Assembly: GCF_000485595.1 (NCBI RefSeq)
Contig: NW_014577085.1
Coordinates: forward strand, 651,494 to 715,493
Origin: Priapulus caudatus
Lineage: Eukaryota
Reading direction: 5' to 3'
DNA: 64,000 nt
Under the pieces are notes generated by a model. The model had not been told where the DNA came from. It ran no database searches and saw only the letters and a list, made by a program, of their open reading frames with translations. Shown here piece by piece: positions 47,401 to 59,356 of the stretch. Within the stretch, counting starts at the first letter, position 1. Every line of letters begins with the position of its first letter. The translations under genes and the position numbers were made by a program.

Positions 47401-50400
47401 GGGAATAGGGAGAGGCAGAGTGATGCGCAGATGGGCGCGTGCAAGTTCATCAATAACAAAATGGCATCGCCCGTTCGTGGAGGGGGGGTAGTGAGATAAC
47501 CTAACGAGTGTGAAGGGTGTGCTATGAGAGCATCCTAAACCGGCTAAAATCCACAGTATAATTCAGGCAGCGAGAAATTTCCTCAGGGCTGTGGTTAACA
47601 CATCTGCATTGGCAGGTTGCCAGCATATAATAGTGATGAAATTAAGGAATAGTGCCAGTTCACCGCGCGATGCATGCGTAAATGGGCGCTCCCATGTTTT
47701 TGCCTAACCACGCGAGCATTTAGGGTGCTATTACAGTGTGCCTATCACGGGTCCCTAATAAGCACTTCTTTAGAATAATATGAATTTAAGGCGCGTAAAA
47801 CCGTTGTTCAACGAAACATTTTCCTTTGCAAATTGAACTGTGCACTGTAGCCGTCAATCCACAATAGCAAAAGCAGTTCACTCTTTGTTAACATTGTAAA
47901 AGATTATGTTAACCCTCCGTCTTGAGGGTCTGAAAAGGTTATCGAGACACTTACTCTTGGCACGACCTCCAGCGGAAAGTACAATTTCATAGGTCCTTTC
48001 ATAAAGTGTTAGAAATGGTTTAAAGGTCAGCGCTGAAACAAAAAAAGTTTTCACTCGGTCCGGTTTAGAGCCATGTCCTCAGAAAATGTCTGATATCTGA
48101 CGAGCTTTCCCCTCATTGCCCCTTTGACCTGTGACGCTCCAATTTCTGCACTGGTGATGGGTTTAATCTCCCAATCACTGCTATACAGATATTAACGAGG
48201 TTAGGTACTAAGCATCTGAGATCTGTGTGCCGCAATTTCCGGTATTTCTCCTATAACCTTAAGTTAAAGGGGGACAATATTCGCCTTCACATTGAACATC
48301 TTGACCTTTGACCGCCCAAATTCGACATCCTATCTCCTTTTCGCGATTCCCCCCCCTGACGTTCCAAATATCAAGACGGGTAACGTCGAGCGGTTCAAAG
48401 ATTTGTGCAAGCAACTGTTGAAAAGACGGACGGCTGGACGGCACGGACGGACGGATGCGATTCTACAAGCTGATCTGACTTCGTCAGCTGAGCTAAAAAA
48501 GAAGCCTACCTACCTACCCAAACTTTTTAGCCTGGGTCGGGTGAGGGCAAACAAAGATTTTTTTAATTGTGGCCCAATATATCTGCATTGGTAACTGTAC
48601 ATACCTGGTGGCAGAACTCCTTAACAGTCCTTTCGCCCTCGATAAAGCTACGGAAAAAGGTAGCTTCCTTCTGCAGGTAGCCTGATGTCAGCAGCCTACA
48701 AACATCAAGGCAAGTGACGATAAGTTTCAAATGTTAGAGTTGTAGTCAAACATACAACAATAGGACTTTAAAGGCATACTAGGCCCATTGATTTATGGCA
48801 ATGTTGGACGAATCGCTAAGTAATGGCACCTTGTGTAGTTAATAAGGTACATAAACCTTAACATCCAAACCGCGATTAGTTTGTCCAATACACTGCTGGT
48901 TACTAAAGAAAAATGTCCTGCTTGAAATCGCGCATCGGCAAGAAATCAGTATGTTTTACAGTTCAAATCCCCGCCAAACGCTGCCGGCGAAGCGAGTGTG
49001 ATACAGATTTATAGTTCACCGGACATTTTCGAACGCATGCTCGGCCGTACGCAATGCTATCATATGTAATTTCGTAAACACGGATGCTCGTGACAAGGAA
49101 CTTTTTGTCAGGGCTGTCCATGTGCGTCCGTGATTAGTACGTGTGTTTTACTCCATTTCCATGTTTAGTCCGTGGCCGTGATTACACCGCTGACACCTCC
49201 ATTTCATCTGGCGTCCAAAACATACAGGCCGCACAAATGTTTACGTTATCGCTTGACTCCTGAATGACATTTACGGCACGTAAATGAATATCAACAACCG
49301 ATTTCAAGTCTTGCTTGTAATGTAACCAGCAGTGATATTGGACAAACTAATACGCATTTGGCTATAAGGTTATATGTACTTATTAACTACACAAGGTGCC
49401 AGTTACTCTAGCATTCGTCAACATTGCATAATCAATGGGCCTAGTATGCCTTTAATATAACATGGTGTAAAAAATGTTCATCACTTCCAATAATGTTGGA
49501 AATATCTGCAATTTAATCAATTGTTTAATCTCATTCCTAATCAATTAATATTCTGCTATCAACTGCACAAACAATCTCACGTACTGACGTAAGTGGATCC
49601 TACACTCGGAATACTTCTTTACACGTTTACACTGAATGCCAACTATACCTCAGATATACGACAATGTAGTCAGAAAATCCTTGATCATTAAAGACGTTCA
49701 GTAGATCTTCCACAGCAATTCCAGACTCCACCTTCTCCAGCACTTCCATAAACTAAAACATAATCCAGATTTTTAGCAGTGAAAGATACCATACACAAAT
49801 CACGATGACACTGACCACAACAACCGAGAGACGCCAGTAAATAGTCTTCTAGACAGTAAATAGTGTTGACGGCAGTTATTGACAGTATTTCAAATCGTCT
49901 AGATTTTTGAAAATTTAGCCAACGTAATAACATTCTTATCAGGTGAGAGTTTGAGGATATATTTAGTAACGTTAGTACTAACTTTTGATGTTAAAAAAAT
50001 TACAAAAGTAAGGTTACAACCATAACTCTCAGGAGATTCGTGACGTAGACAATTTAAATAGATCCAATTTTATTTTAAATAGATAAATTTGTTAACAGAG
50101 GCAAACTCAGAAAGACTAAATCAGGTGACTATTCCTATTAGTTCACAATGGCTAACTTTAGATGTGATAGAAGAATATATGAAGTTAGATTAATTAGGTC
50201 AGTACATATAATGAATTTATACTAACAGTGCTATGAAAGTCATCAATCGTAAATTCAGGAAATCCAAGTTTGACCAGCTCGCTCTTGCTCTGTGCTGCCA
50301 TTGCTTTGAACCTGGATATTAAATACATTTGATAACAAATAAGATTATGCATACACACCCTACAGATCAAGCTATGCTCACGATATGAGAAAAAAATAAT

Positions 50401-53400
50401 ATACCACTTGCAATATGCACTTGGCATTTATATATATGCAGGATTAGAGATATGAGAATGTCACTGTATGTTTTTTATATTTCTATATCTGTCCTTCCCC
50501 ATCTCTTCTCTGATAGCCTATACCTACTTCTTTAGATCATCAGGCTTCCGAAGTAACTGTTCCATGTAGTAGTAACCAAAGGCTCTGAAGAAGCAGTTGC
50601 CATCACCTCTCGTCCTGCGCAGACACTTGTAGTGTTTCTCAAGATGCTGTGTGATTAAAGCAATTTAGTTATGATTTATTAAAAACTTTTCTCCATACTA
50701 TTAGCTAATACATTAAAACAAGTGCCGCGGAGCGACAGCGCTCATCTCACGTCTACTGCGGTGACTCTGTGGTGGAGTGGTGGGATTCTAGTAAACCCTG
50801 TTAGTCCCAAATGTGTTCACATTCGCGCCAAAACAGTGGAAGGCACAGGGATGGTATCAGGAACCTTCTCGAAGGAATGTTTGTTGGGATCGTTATGAAA
50901 GTTGCCACAAGATTGCGCGTACGTTTAAGTGTCTTAAGATTAAAGATGGAAGCTCCCATCGTACGTAGTAGCAACAACTATTAGCAAGACAGAATAGGTA
51001 AGCACTCATCCATTTACCTACGCAAGCCTACAGGCTGCTGTGCTCTGTCAACGGTTGGGCACAAATCTTAACCTCCGACGGTACGGTCACGATATTCGGG
51101 ACGTGGGGGGGGGGTAATCCGAAAACGAGTTGGGATGTGAAGCTGGGGTCAAAGGTCAAGAGGTGTAAAAGAAGGGGAAACATTCCCTCCTTAACTTAAG
51201 TATAGGAGGGAAATGCAGATATTGCAGCACAAATCTAAAGGGCTCGAACCTAGGCTCGTGTATAGTCGGTGTATAGCATCATGGTAGGAAAAGCCATCAC
51301 TGTGCCGAAATTAGAGGTCACAGGTCAAAGGTCAATGGGCGCACAGGGCAGATTTTAGACATTTTCTGAGGCATGGTCTGACGGAGCGATGAAAACTTTT
51401 TTTGTTTCTACGGTGACCTCCCATTTTTATGGCTTGTTGAAAGACATGAAAATGTACTATTTCCGCTGAAATCGAAANNNNNNNNNNNNNNNNNNNNNNN
51501 NNNNNNNNNNNNNNNNNNNNNNNNNNNNNNNNNNNNNNNNNNNNNNNNNNNNNNNNNNNNNNNNNNNNNNNNNNNNNNNNNNNNNNNNNNNNNNNNNNNN
51601 NNNNNNNNNNNNNNNNNNNNNNNNNNNNNNNNNNNNNNNNNNNNNNNNNNNNNNNNNNNNNNNNNNNNNNNNNNNNNNNNNNNNNNNNNNNNNNNNNNNN
51701 NNNNNNNNNNNNNNNNNNNNNNNNNNNNNNNNNNNNNNNNNNNNNNNNNNNNNNNNNNNNNNNNNNNNNNNNNNNNNNNNNNNNNNNNNNNNNNNNNNNN
51801 NNNNNNNNNNNNNNNNNNNNNNNNNNNNNNNNNNNNNNNNNNNNNNNNNNNNNNNNNNNNNNNNNNNNNNNNNNNNNNNNNNNNNNNNNNNNNNNNNNNN
51901 NNNNNNNNNNNNNNNNNNNNNNNNNNNNNNNNNNNNNNNNNNNNNNNNNNNNNNNNNNNNNNNNNNNNNNNNNNNNNNNNNNNNNNNNNNNNNNNNNNNN
52001 NNNNNNNNNNNNNNNNNNATGTAGTAGAATCCCTATACATGCCTGGACCGTATGAGGCTACAATGTCACAGTGAAATTTCAAAAGCTAAATTCGGGTTGA
52101 AGAAGATTTATGCCTCATTTAAATCGTATAATTTTTCTATTGGCATTCATGTACTTTCAGTGTTTACTAATTGTAACTTACTGCCACTTTCCAGTGGCCA
52201 ACTGCCAGTGCACGGGCCGGTGTGTTTGTGTTACTGTGGATTTTTGCCTTTAATTTGGTACAGGGTGGCCAGTCTCTCTATTGCCGGCAGCCACGGCCGC
52301 ACGGACAATCATGCGATTCTACAAGCTGCACCTGACTACGTCAGATGAGCTAAAAATTATGGTGACAGTTCACACTATTGCAACATATAATTATATTTGT
52401 GTGAATTTATATCTGACCTGTATTTTGGCTTGATAAACATCATCATCAGTACGATATTCAGACTCCAAGCTTCTTAGTTCTTCTTTTGGTCCAATAAGAG
52501 GTTGAGAATGTGCTATCTATGAATGCAAAAAACATGTGAAATAACTGTATACAAGATACAAGCTGTGAATATAAAGTAAACAACAACATTAGTGCATGCA
52601 TTTCTAGAAATCAATGTTTAATGTTTACATACTCAGGCAATAATGGTAGTTTGAATATTATTAACAATAATAAATATTAATTGACATCACATATCTTACC
52701 TACACATTCTATTTGTCTAGTGATTGCATGTACTGTTTGTTAATTTATAAATTATTCACTGAGGTTGCAATTATTACCATCAGTAGTTGTTTTCTAACAT
52801 AAATCCATTATAATGCATAATAATATTTTTAACCTGTCATTGAACATCATACTGTATATATATTATTACTGTCCTGGTACCAACCTCTTTCTCGATTTCT
52901 CTCTCTTGCGCTAAAATGGCCTCATCCTGATTCACAGCTAGACAAAGAAGTAATTAATGAATTTGGGTGTGTATAGTCAGTCTCAAATCCTATTGTATAT
53001 AGTTGAAATAAATTACTCAGTTTGAGATAAGTCACTGTTCATAATCCATTACTGTTATTACCTCCTACAACGTGATTAGTCTCAGAGTGAAAGTAAAGAA
53101 ACAATATCCTTCAAAAAAGACGACTGATATTGTAATGTACCGGTACCTGCCCTGCAGTGCTGCGACATAATATTGCATAATATTGCTAAAGAACTACATA
53201 ATACCATGAGCACATATGATTATAATTGTATCGATGATAATAGCAGAGATATGTTTGACAAATTTCAAAAAATGAAAATATACAAATATTATACATACTA
53301 ATTATTCTCAGACTCAACTAGCAGCTTCAATAGTCAATACAACTGCGGAGCACGAAATTAGCACCGGCCCACCGGTATATATATATGGAGGGCTAGTAGG

Positions 53401-56238
53401 CCTAACATTGGCAAAACACCGGCCCTTCGAGCATAGCATTAATTAGCAAATAGCCTACATTACTGTTTTACTTAAAGGATATCACGCCATGATTTATCAA
53501 CATTTTACAAATTTGAAATCGAGAATGCAAGCGTTAAACATGACATTGAAAAAAACACTTCGGACATCATTCACAATCTGCATTACGCTTACAGTCTGTT
53601 CAACAGCTACTACGCCGCACACTACAACATTTGTGAGGGCTGATAAACTATCTTACTATGGACCTGTTAAGCAGGGGACACACCATGCAAATTCAGTTAT
53701 CGCAGACAACGCAGCAGTGATTTTAAAACCGGCAGTGGATTTTAAAACCGCCGCGGAATTCGTATGGGTCCGCCTCAAAGCGCCGAGCGAATTTCATCCG
53801 CACCAAGAATTCGCAGCAATCAAACATGTTTGATATCTTTTCGCTGGGCGGATTTTAAAAGCCGCTGTGCCGTACAGATTCCATCTGTGTGGCCGTGGAA
53901 GCGAAACTCAAGCTGGCCGATGTATAATGCCAGCGAATAATTTTATCAGTATGCTAATCGGGTGATGAAAGTGGACCACAGACTGACTGTTGATGCGCCA
54001 TGTTTGGAGCCGTGTGGCGACAGTAGACTCGGCTTGTAGTGCGTCCGCTGGGTCGTCCGCGAATCAGAATGTCCCCATGGTGTGTCCTGCTCAGATTTTA
54101 TCGCGTGGCCGCTCGCCGAATATTTTCAAACGCAAATTTCGCTGGCGGAAATGATCGCACGCGGAATTCGCTTGGTGTGTCCTAGCTCTAATAGTTACAT
54201 AGCCCTTCGCTCTACCCAAGGCGCCTGTGGCTATAGGTACTAGAGCTAGGTGTGGTCCTACGGCAGTCCCTTGGCTCTGAGCCGTGCAAAAATCTGAATT
54301 TCGCTGTCCTTGCACTGCTACTTCAATTGTGTATTTATTACCAGAGACACATGAAAAACCATGAGAAAAGCAAATGAGTTAAAAAGTAACATGTAACGCT
54401 ATTCTGCGTGTCTAGAAAAATGCACCCAAATGCCTGTTTGCTATTTTTTAATTTTAATCAGTATAGCATATTTAGCACCTTTTCAGGGTCTCACCAAGTA
54501 AAAACTTACGTCTGGATGCAACTACTTATACTACTACTGACTGTCCTATAGATTATAGCCCTCCGCTCGCCCCCGTACGGGGCTACGGCCTGCCGCGGAG
54601 CGGAGGGGCTATACCTAGTTGTAAGTTCTAGAGCTACTATGAACTACAGTAGTAGTATAGTACTACTCAACTAACTAGTGATCTAGTGAACTGGTAGGTA
54701 GTGGAGTAGTCCTAGTATATACTAGTAGTACTAAACTTACGTCATGCGGGTCTATGTCCCCCCAGGGCCAGGGTAATATTGCCGGAGATACCGGAACGTA
54801 CCCTGGGTGCGGTGCCGGTATACCGGAACGTACCCTGGTAATCACGGTATCCGATCATGCGTTCAGGCGTTCCCCTACGTTGATGCAAACGGGGCGCTGA
54901 CGCGCCCGTTTGGGAAAGACTTCCCCCTGTTTCAATAGTTGCGCCCTGTTTAAATTACCGTCCGCCACCGATTAATTCCACCATCAAAAAATTTGACAGC
55001 GCAGGAATCGATCGTCAAGAATTACCCATTCGACCAAGGAACAGACGACAGCGTGTATTTTTACCGCTACCACGCATGCAACTGCAGACCATACACAAGT
55101 ACAAAAAGGTAACCTGTCCCGAACCAACACAACTGTAACACCGACTCGGCTATTTATATATAACAAGAACCCCCAAATACCCGTGTCTATGGTGTGGTGC
55201 GCAATTCTACGCATTAATTAGTGGACCTACGGTAAAAAAACACCCCCTAGTTTCCACCTCCCTTTCCCCCTCGCCGCTCCCCTCTGTCCTCCCCCTGTTT
55301 CAATTCATCTGGGGAGAACCTGTGTGTTAGGGTTAGGCCGTTATGGGTTAGCAGGATACTCATTAGGCGGTAGGCGAACTCCTAGACTCTGTTAGTGGAG
55401 TAGCTGCAAGTACGGTCGGGCATATTGGATAGTACAGCGGTGACGTTCCGCAGTACCCTGGGAGACATATGACCCTCATCTGCAGCCCTCTAAGACCTTA
55501 GTAATGCTCATAGGGTCTGATGCCCCCAGGGTACTGCCTGGACGTACCCGGTGTACGCGTCCGGTATGCCGCGACGCTACCCTGTTCACTTTTGATATGG
55601 TTAGGAGTTAGGATTAGGGTCTAGGGTTAGGTTAGTAGGTTAGGGTTAAGGGGAGTAGGTGTAGGGACTCCCAGACTCGGTAGTGGAGTAGGCGAGTACG
55701 GGTCCGGCATATTATTATTAGATAGTACCAGGTTACGGTTCGCGTATACCGGACCGTCACCAGCGGTACGTTCGCGGCAGCTACCCAGGGGACATAAGAC
55801 CCCTCTCGTGGCTCTATCCGCTCTTAGCAATACTTAATAGTAATAGCTTAGTACTAATTCACTATGTGAGTAATAGCTAATACTAGTAGTAATTACTAAT
55901 ACTAGGTAGTAATAGTAATAACTATACTTAGTAGCAGTACTTACTACTTACTACGTAGTTAGCTAGAATATACTACTACTAGGTAGTAGTAGTAGTAGTA
56001 CTAGTACTAGCTACAGCAGCACAGCGTTAATAGCCTAGTAGTGAGTAGTAGGTAGTACAGTGTAGTTAGTAGTTAAGGCCTACTACCATAAAACACAAAC
56101 AATGTTATATTCCAATAATATAAAACTATGCATAATCTAGATATACCTAGTATATCATAATGCAGTGACTAGTAAATACATACAGTCTAATTCATTAAAG
56201 TCCGGCGCATTTTCGGTGACCAGCTTATTTTCTTCCAT
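44409..56238 (-). CDS. OTUB1: Ubiquitin thioesterase otubain (OTUB1-like), 270 aa, 8 coding exons
   Basis: Exons 56238-56184, 52937-52885, 52516-52418, 50646-50528, 50311-50227, 49752-49649, 48695-48605, 44615-44409; all GT-AG, phases consistent, 813 nt. Catalytic RTRGDGNCFFRAF and YRPGHFDILY motifs, plus DEAILAQ..IEKEI, GFPEFTIDDFH, SDYIVVYLRLLTSGYLQ, EFCHQEVEPMAKESDQIHIIAL. Confidence 0.95.
45576..46374. mobile_element. GGCC-terminated MITE, TSD TCA
   Basis: Family TIRs with TCA on both flanks; lies in a noisy segment. Confidence 0.6.
46771..48494 (-). mobile_element. HINE-like element (indel-rich copy) nested in a GGCC-MITE (44783-48574, TSD CAA)
   Basis: Same termini as the other HINEs; a cleaner counterpart is at 36864-37958. 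Confidence 0.65.
48772..49451. mobile_element. Kolobok-like element with ~150-bp TIRs
   Basis: TTAA TSD; AGGCATACTAGGCCCATTGATT / AATCAATGGGCCTAGTATGCCT. Confidence 0.8.
50719..52351 (-). mobile_element. HINE-like element spanning an N gap, with an opposite-orientation HINE fragment (51045-51477)
   Basis: Termini CAAGTGCCGCGGAGCGACAGCGCTCATCT... and ...GTCAGATGAGCT-AAAAA. Confidence 0.6.
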
Positions 56239-57632
56239 GTCGGCAGATTACGAGTCAAATTTACAACCAAAGCTGGGTTATCGGTACTAGACGTACGACG
56301 ACGTCCTTGTGACTGTTCAACAACATACAGCCATCGACATAGGATTAGTCAATAATTAAGGTAGACTGGTACCCGGTCCCACTTCTCGGCTTAGTTACTC
56401 GATGGGGCCATCGAATAATCGAGGTGGGAGCGAGTACCAGTCTATAATTAAGGTACATACGTGGGTAGTTATTGTTCCCTCGTATAGTGAGGATTGTGGG
56501 ATATCCGTCCGCTTCCATGGAAACCCGCTGAGCGTTTTCTCGTTTTTGTTCGTATTTATGGATAACTAGATAAATATCTGGATATCCATGGATATATTTT
56601 ATCATTCCTGGCTAATAATAGTCAGCTTTGGTGTTGTCACGCAAATTATTACAATAAAAATAGAATAGAATTGAGAACAACAGTAGAGTTGCTAGTCTGT
56701 AGTCAATGTGACAAGCCGAGTCTAGTCTAGAACTTGGAGTTGGAGTTGGAAGTTCTATTCAACGTCAAGCCGGATTTGTGCGACGCAGGCTTTTACGTTT
56801 TTGTGTTGCGTAAACATAGCCATAGGCATAGGCACCTGTAGACTGTAGTGTAGACCATAGCATCTATATAACACGTCATCATGGTGTCTCAAACGCGAGG
56901 TATAATACATATATGTAATTAATATTAATAATGTAGTGTAATTAATATTAATAATGTAGGCCTAAATATAATTTAAATGTATAGCCAATAAATATTACAT
57001 CATACAATACATCATTACATCATACATCATCTTACCACAGCCTCATGGCACTTGGGTTCAAGGATAAAAAAGATGTCCAGTACGGTGATTGGATATAGGA
57101 TGATGTTAGTTGATTATAAGATAGGACTGGACTGTGGACATGCATCTTCTCTATCCCTGACTCTGAGCCGTCGTTGCGACTGGCTGGTCAGGGTTCGATA
57201 AATAGCTCTCATATACACTCTTATACACACTATGGTAGGCGCAGATCGGGGTTGCTATTTATTGAACCCCGACCAGCCAGTCGCAATTAGTACCTGTGAG
57301 GCTGTGTGTCTTATTGAATATTGTCAGTAATTAGTAATAGTATTATACTATTAAGTAGGCCTAAGTAAGTAGTATTAAAGTTGTACTTAAGTAGCTTAGG
57401 CTGCCCTAACCTATAGACCTATAAATTATAATTTATAAATTAAAATATTAATTATTATACTGTATATATTCCAGGGTTCTCTCCAGGAATTTCAGAAGAC
57501 AATTTAATACTGGTATTAAGTGTAATGATACACTATAGAGCTCCGAAGTGATGACGTCACAGTGGCATGACAACACGCCGCACACTACAACATTTGTGAG
57601 GGCTGATAAACTATCTTACTATGGACCTGTTA

Positions 57633-58184
57633 AGCAGGGGACACACCATGCAAATTCATTCGCACAACCGCAGTGGATTTTAAAACCGCAGTGGATTTTA
57701 AAACCGCCGCGGAATTCGTATGGTGTCCGCTCAAGCGCGAGCGAATTTCATCCGCACCAAAATTCGCAGCAATCAAACATGTTTGATATTTTCGCTGCGG
57801 ATTTTTACCGCTGCGTACAGATTCGCATTGTGTGGCCGTGGAAGCGAAAATCAAGCTGGCCGATGTTATAATGCAGCGAATAATTTATCAGTATGCTAAT
57901 CACGTGATTGAAAGTGGACCACACGACTGACTGTTGGAGCCATGGTTGGAGCCGTGTGGCGACAGTAGATCGCTTGTAGTGCGTCCGCTGCGGTCGTGCG
58001 AATAAATTCGCATGGTGTGTCTGCTCAATTATCGCGTGGGTGCGAATATTTTCACCGCAAATTTCGCTGCGGATATGATCGCAGCGAAATTCGCTTGGTG
58101 TGTCCTAGCTCTATAGTACTATAGCCCTTCGCTCTACCACAGGCGCCTGTGGCTATAGTACTAGAGCTAGGTGTGTCCCTACCA
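57633..58184. mobile_element. PIF/Harbinger-like MITE (duplicate at ~53670-54262)
   Basis: TIR ..GGGGACACACCATGCAAATT / AATTCGCTTGGTGTGTCCC.., with internal palindromic repeats. The right TIR is interrupted by a 64-bp hairpin element. Confidence 0.55.
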
Positions 58185-58634
58185 GTCCTTGGCTCTGAGC
58201 CGGTGCAAAAATCTGAATTTCCTGTCCTGCACTGCTACTGTCAATGTGTATTATTACCAGAGACACATGAAAAACCATTTAAAAAAAGCAATGACGTTAA
58301 AAAGTAACATGTAACGTAATTCTGCGTGTCTAGAAAAATGCACCCCATCCGTTGCTATTTTTAATTTTATCGGTATAAGCATATTTACACCTTTTCAGGG
58401 TCTCACCAAGTAAAACTACGTCTGAGCAACTACTTAACTAGCTACTACTGTCTATAGATTATAGCCCTCCGCTCCACGCCTACGGCTACGGCCTGCGGCG
58501 GAGCGGAGGGCTATACCTAGTTGTAAGTTCTAGAGCTACTACTGAACTACAGTAGTAGTACTAGTACTACTACTACTAGTACTACTACTGGTAGGTAGGA
58601 GTAGTCTAGTACTAGTACTAGTAGTACTACTACT

Positions 58635-59356
58635 GCTCATAGGGTCTATGTCCCCCCAGGGCCAGGGTATTGCCGGAACCGGGAACGTACCCTGGGTGCG
58701 GTCCGGTATACCGGAACGTACCCTGGTAACTACGGGTATCTGATATGGTTCAGGGTTCTCCCTACGTTGAGCAAACGGGGCGCGCGCGCCCCGTTTGGGA
58801 AAACTTCCCCCTGTTTCAATAGTTGCGCCCTGTTTAAATTACCTCCGCCCCGATTAAATTCCACCATAATAAAAGTTTGACAGCGCAGGAATCGATCGTC
58901 AAGAATTCCCATTCGACCAGGAACACCGACGCGTGTATTTTTACCGTACCACGCATGCACTGCAGACCATACACAAGTACAAAAAGTTAACCTGTCCCGA
59001 ACCCAACACCAAACTGTAAGCACGACTCGGCTATCTTATATATAACAAGAACCCCAAAATACCGTCTATGGTGTGTGGCAATTCTACGCATTAATTAGTG
59101 GTAGGCGGTAAAAAACAACAAAACATAGTTCCCTCCGCTTTCCCGCCTCCCCCTCCCCTCCTCCCCTCCCCATGTTTCAATTTCATCCTCGGGGAGAACG
59201 CCTGCTGGTTAGGTAGGGTAGGGTTAGAGAGTACTCAGTAGGCGTAGGCCTCTTAAAGACTCGTTTAGTGGAGTCAGCGAAGTACGGTCCGGCATATTGG
59301 CATAGTACCGGGTACGTTCCGGCAGGTACCTGGGAGAATAGACCCTCTCATCTCAG
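58635..59356. mobile_element. MITE B family copy with a nested 5-bp-TSD hAT element (58751-59204); a further MITE B copy follows at ~59376-59695
   Basis: GCTCATAGGGTCTATGTCCCC TIR and (TTAGGG)n tracts. The nested element has CAGGGTTCTCCC termini and TGGTT flanks. The second copy has approximate TSD CTTAGTAAT. Confidence 0.7.

Noticed and set aside
46245..47460. ORFs in the GA-rich segment
   Set aside because: Insertion-riddled low-quality version of the TE sequence seen cleanly at 36780-37250.
56881..57100. First exon of a divergent plus-strand gene (ATGGTGTCTCAAACGCGAG|GT)
   Set aside because: No compatible downstream exon or recognisable protein found in the window.
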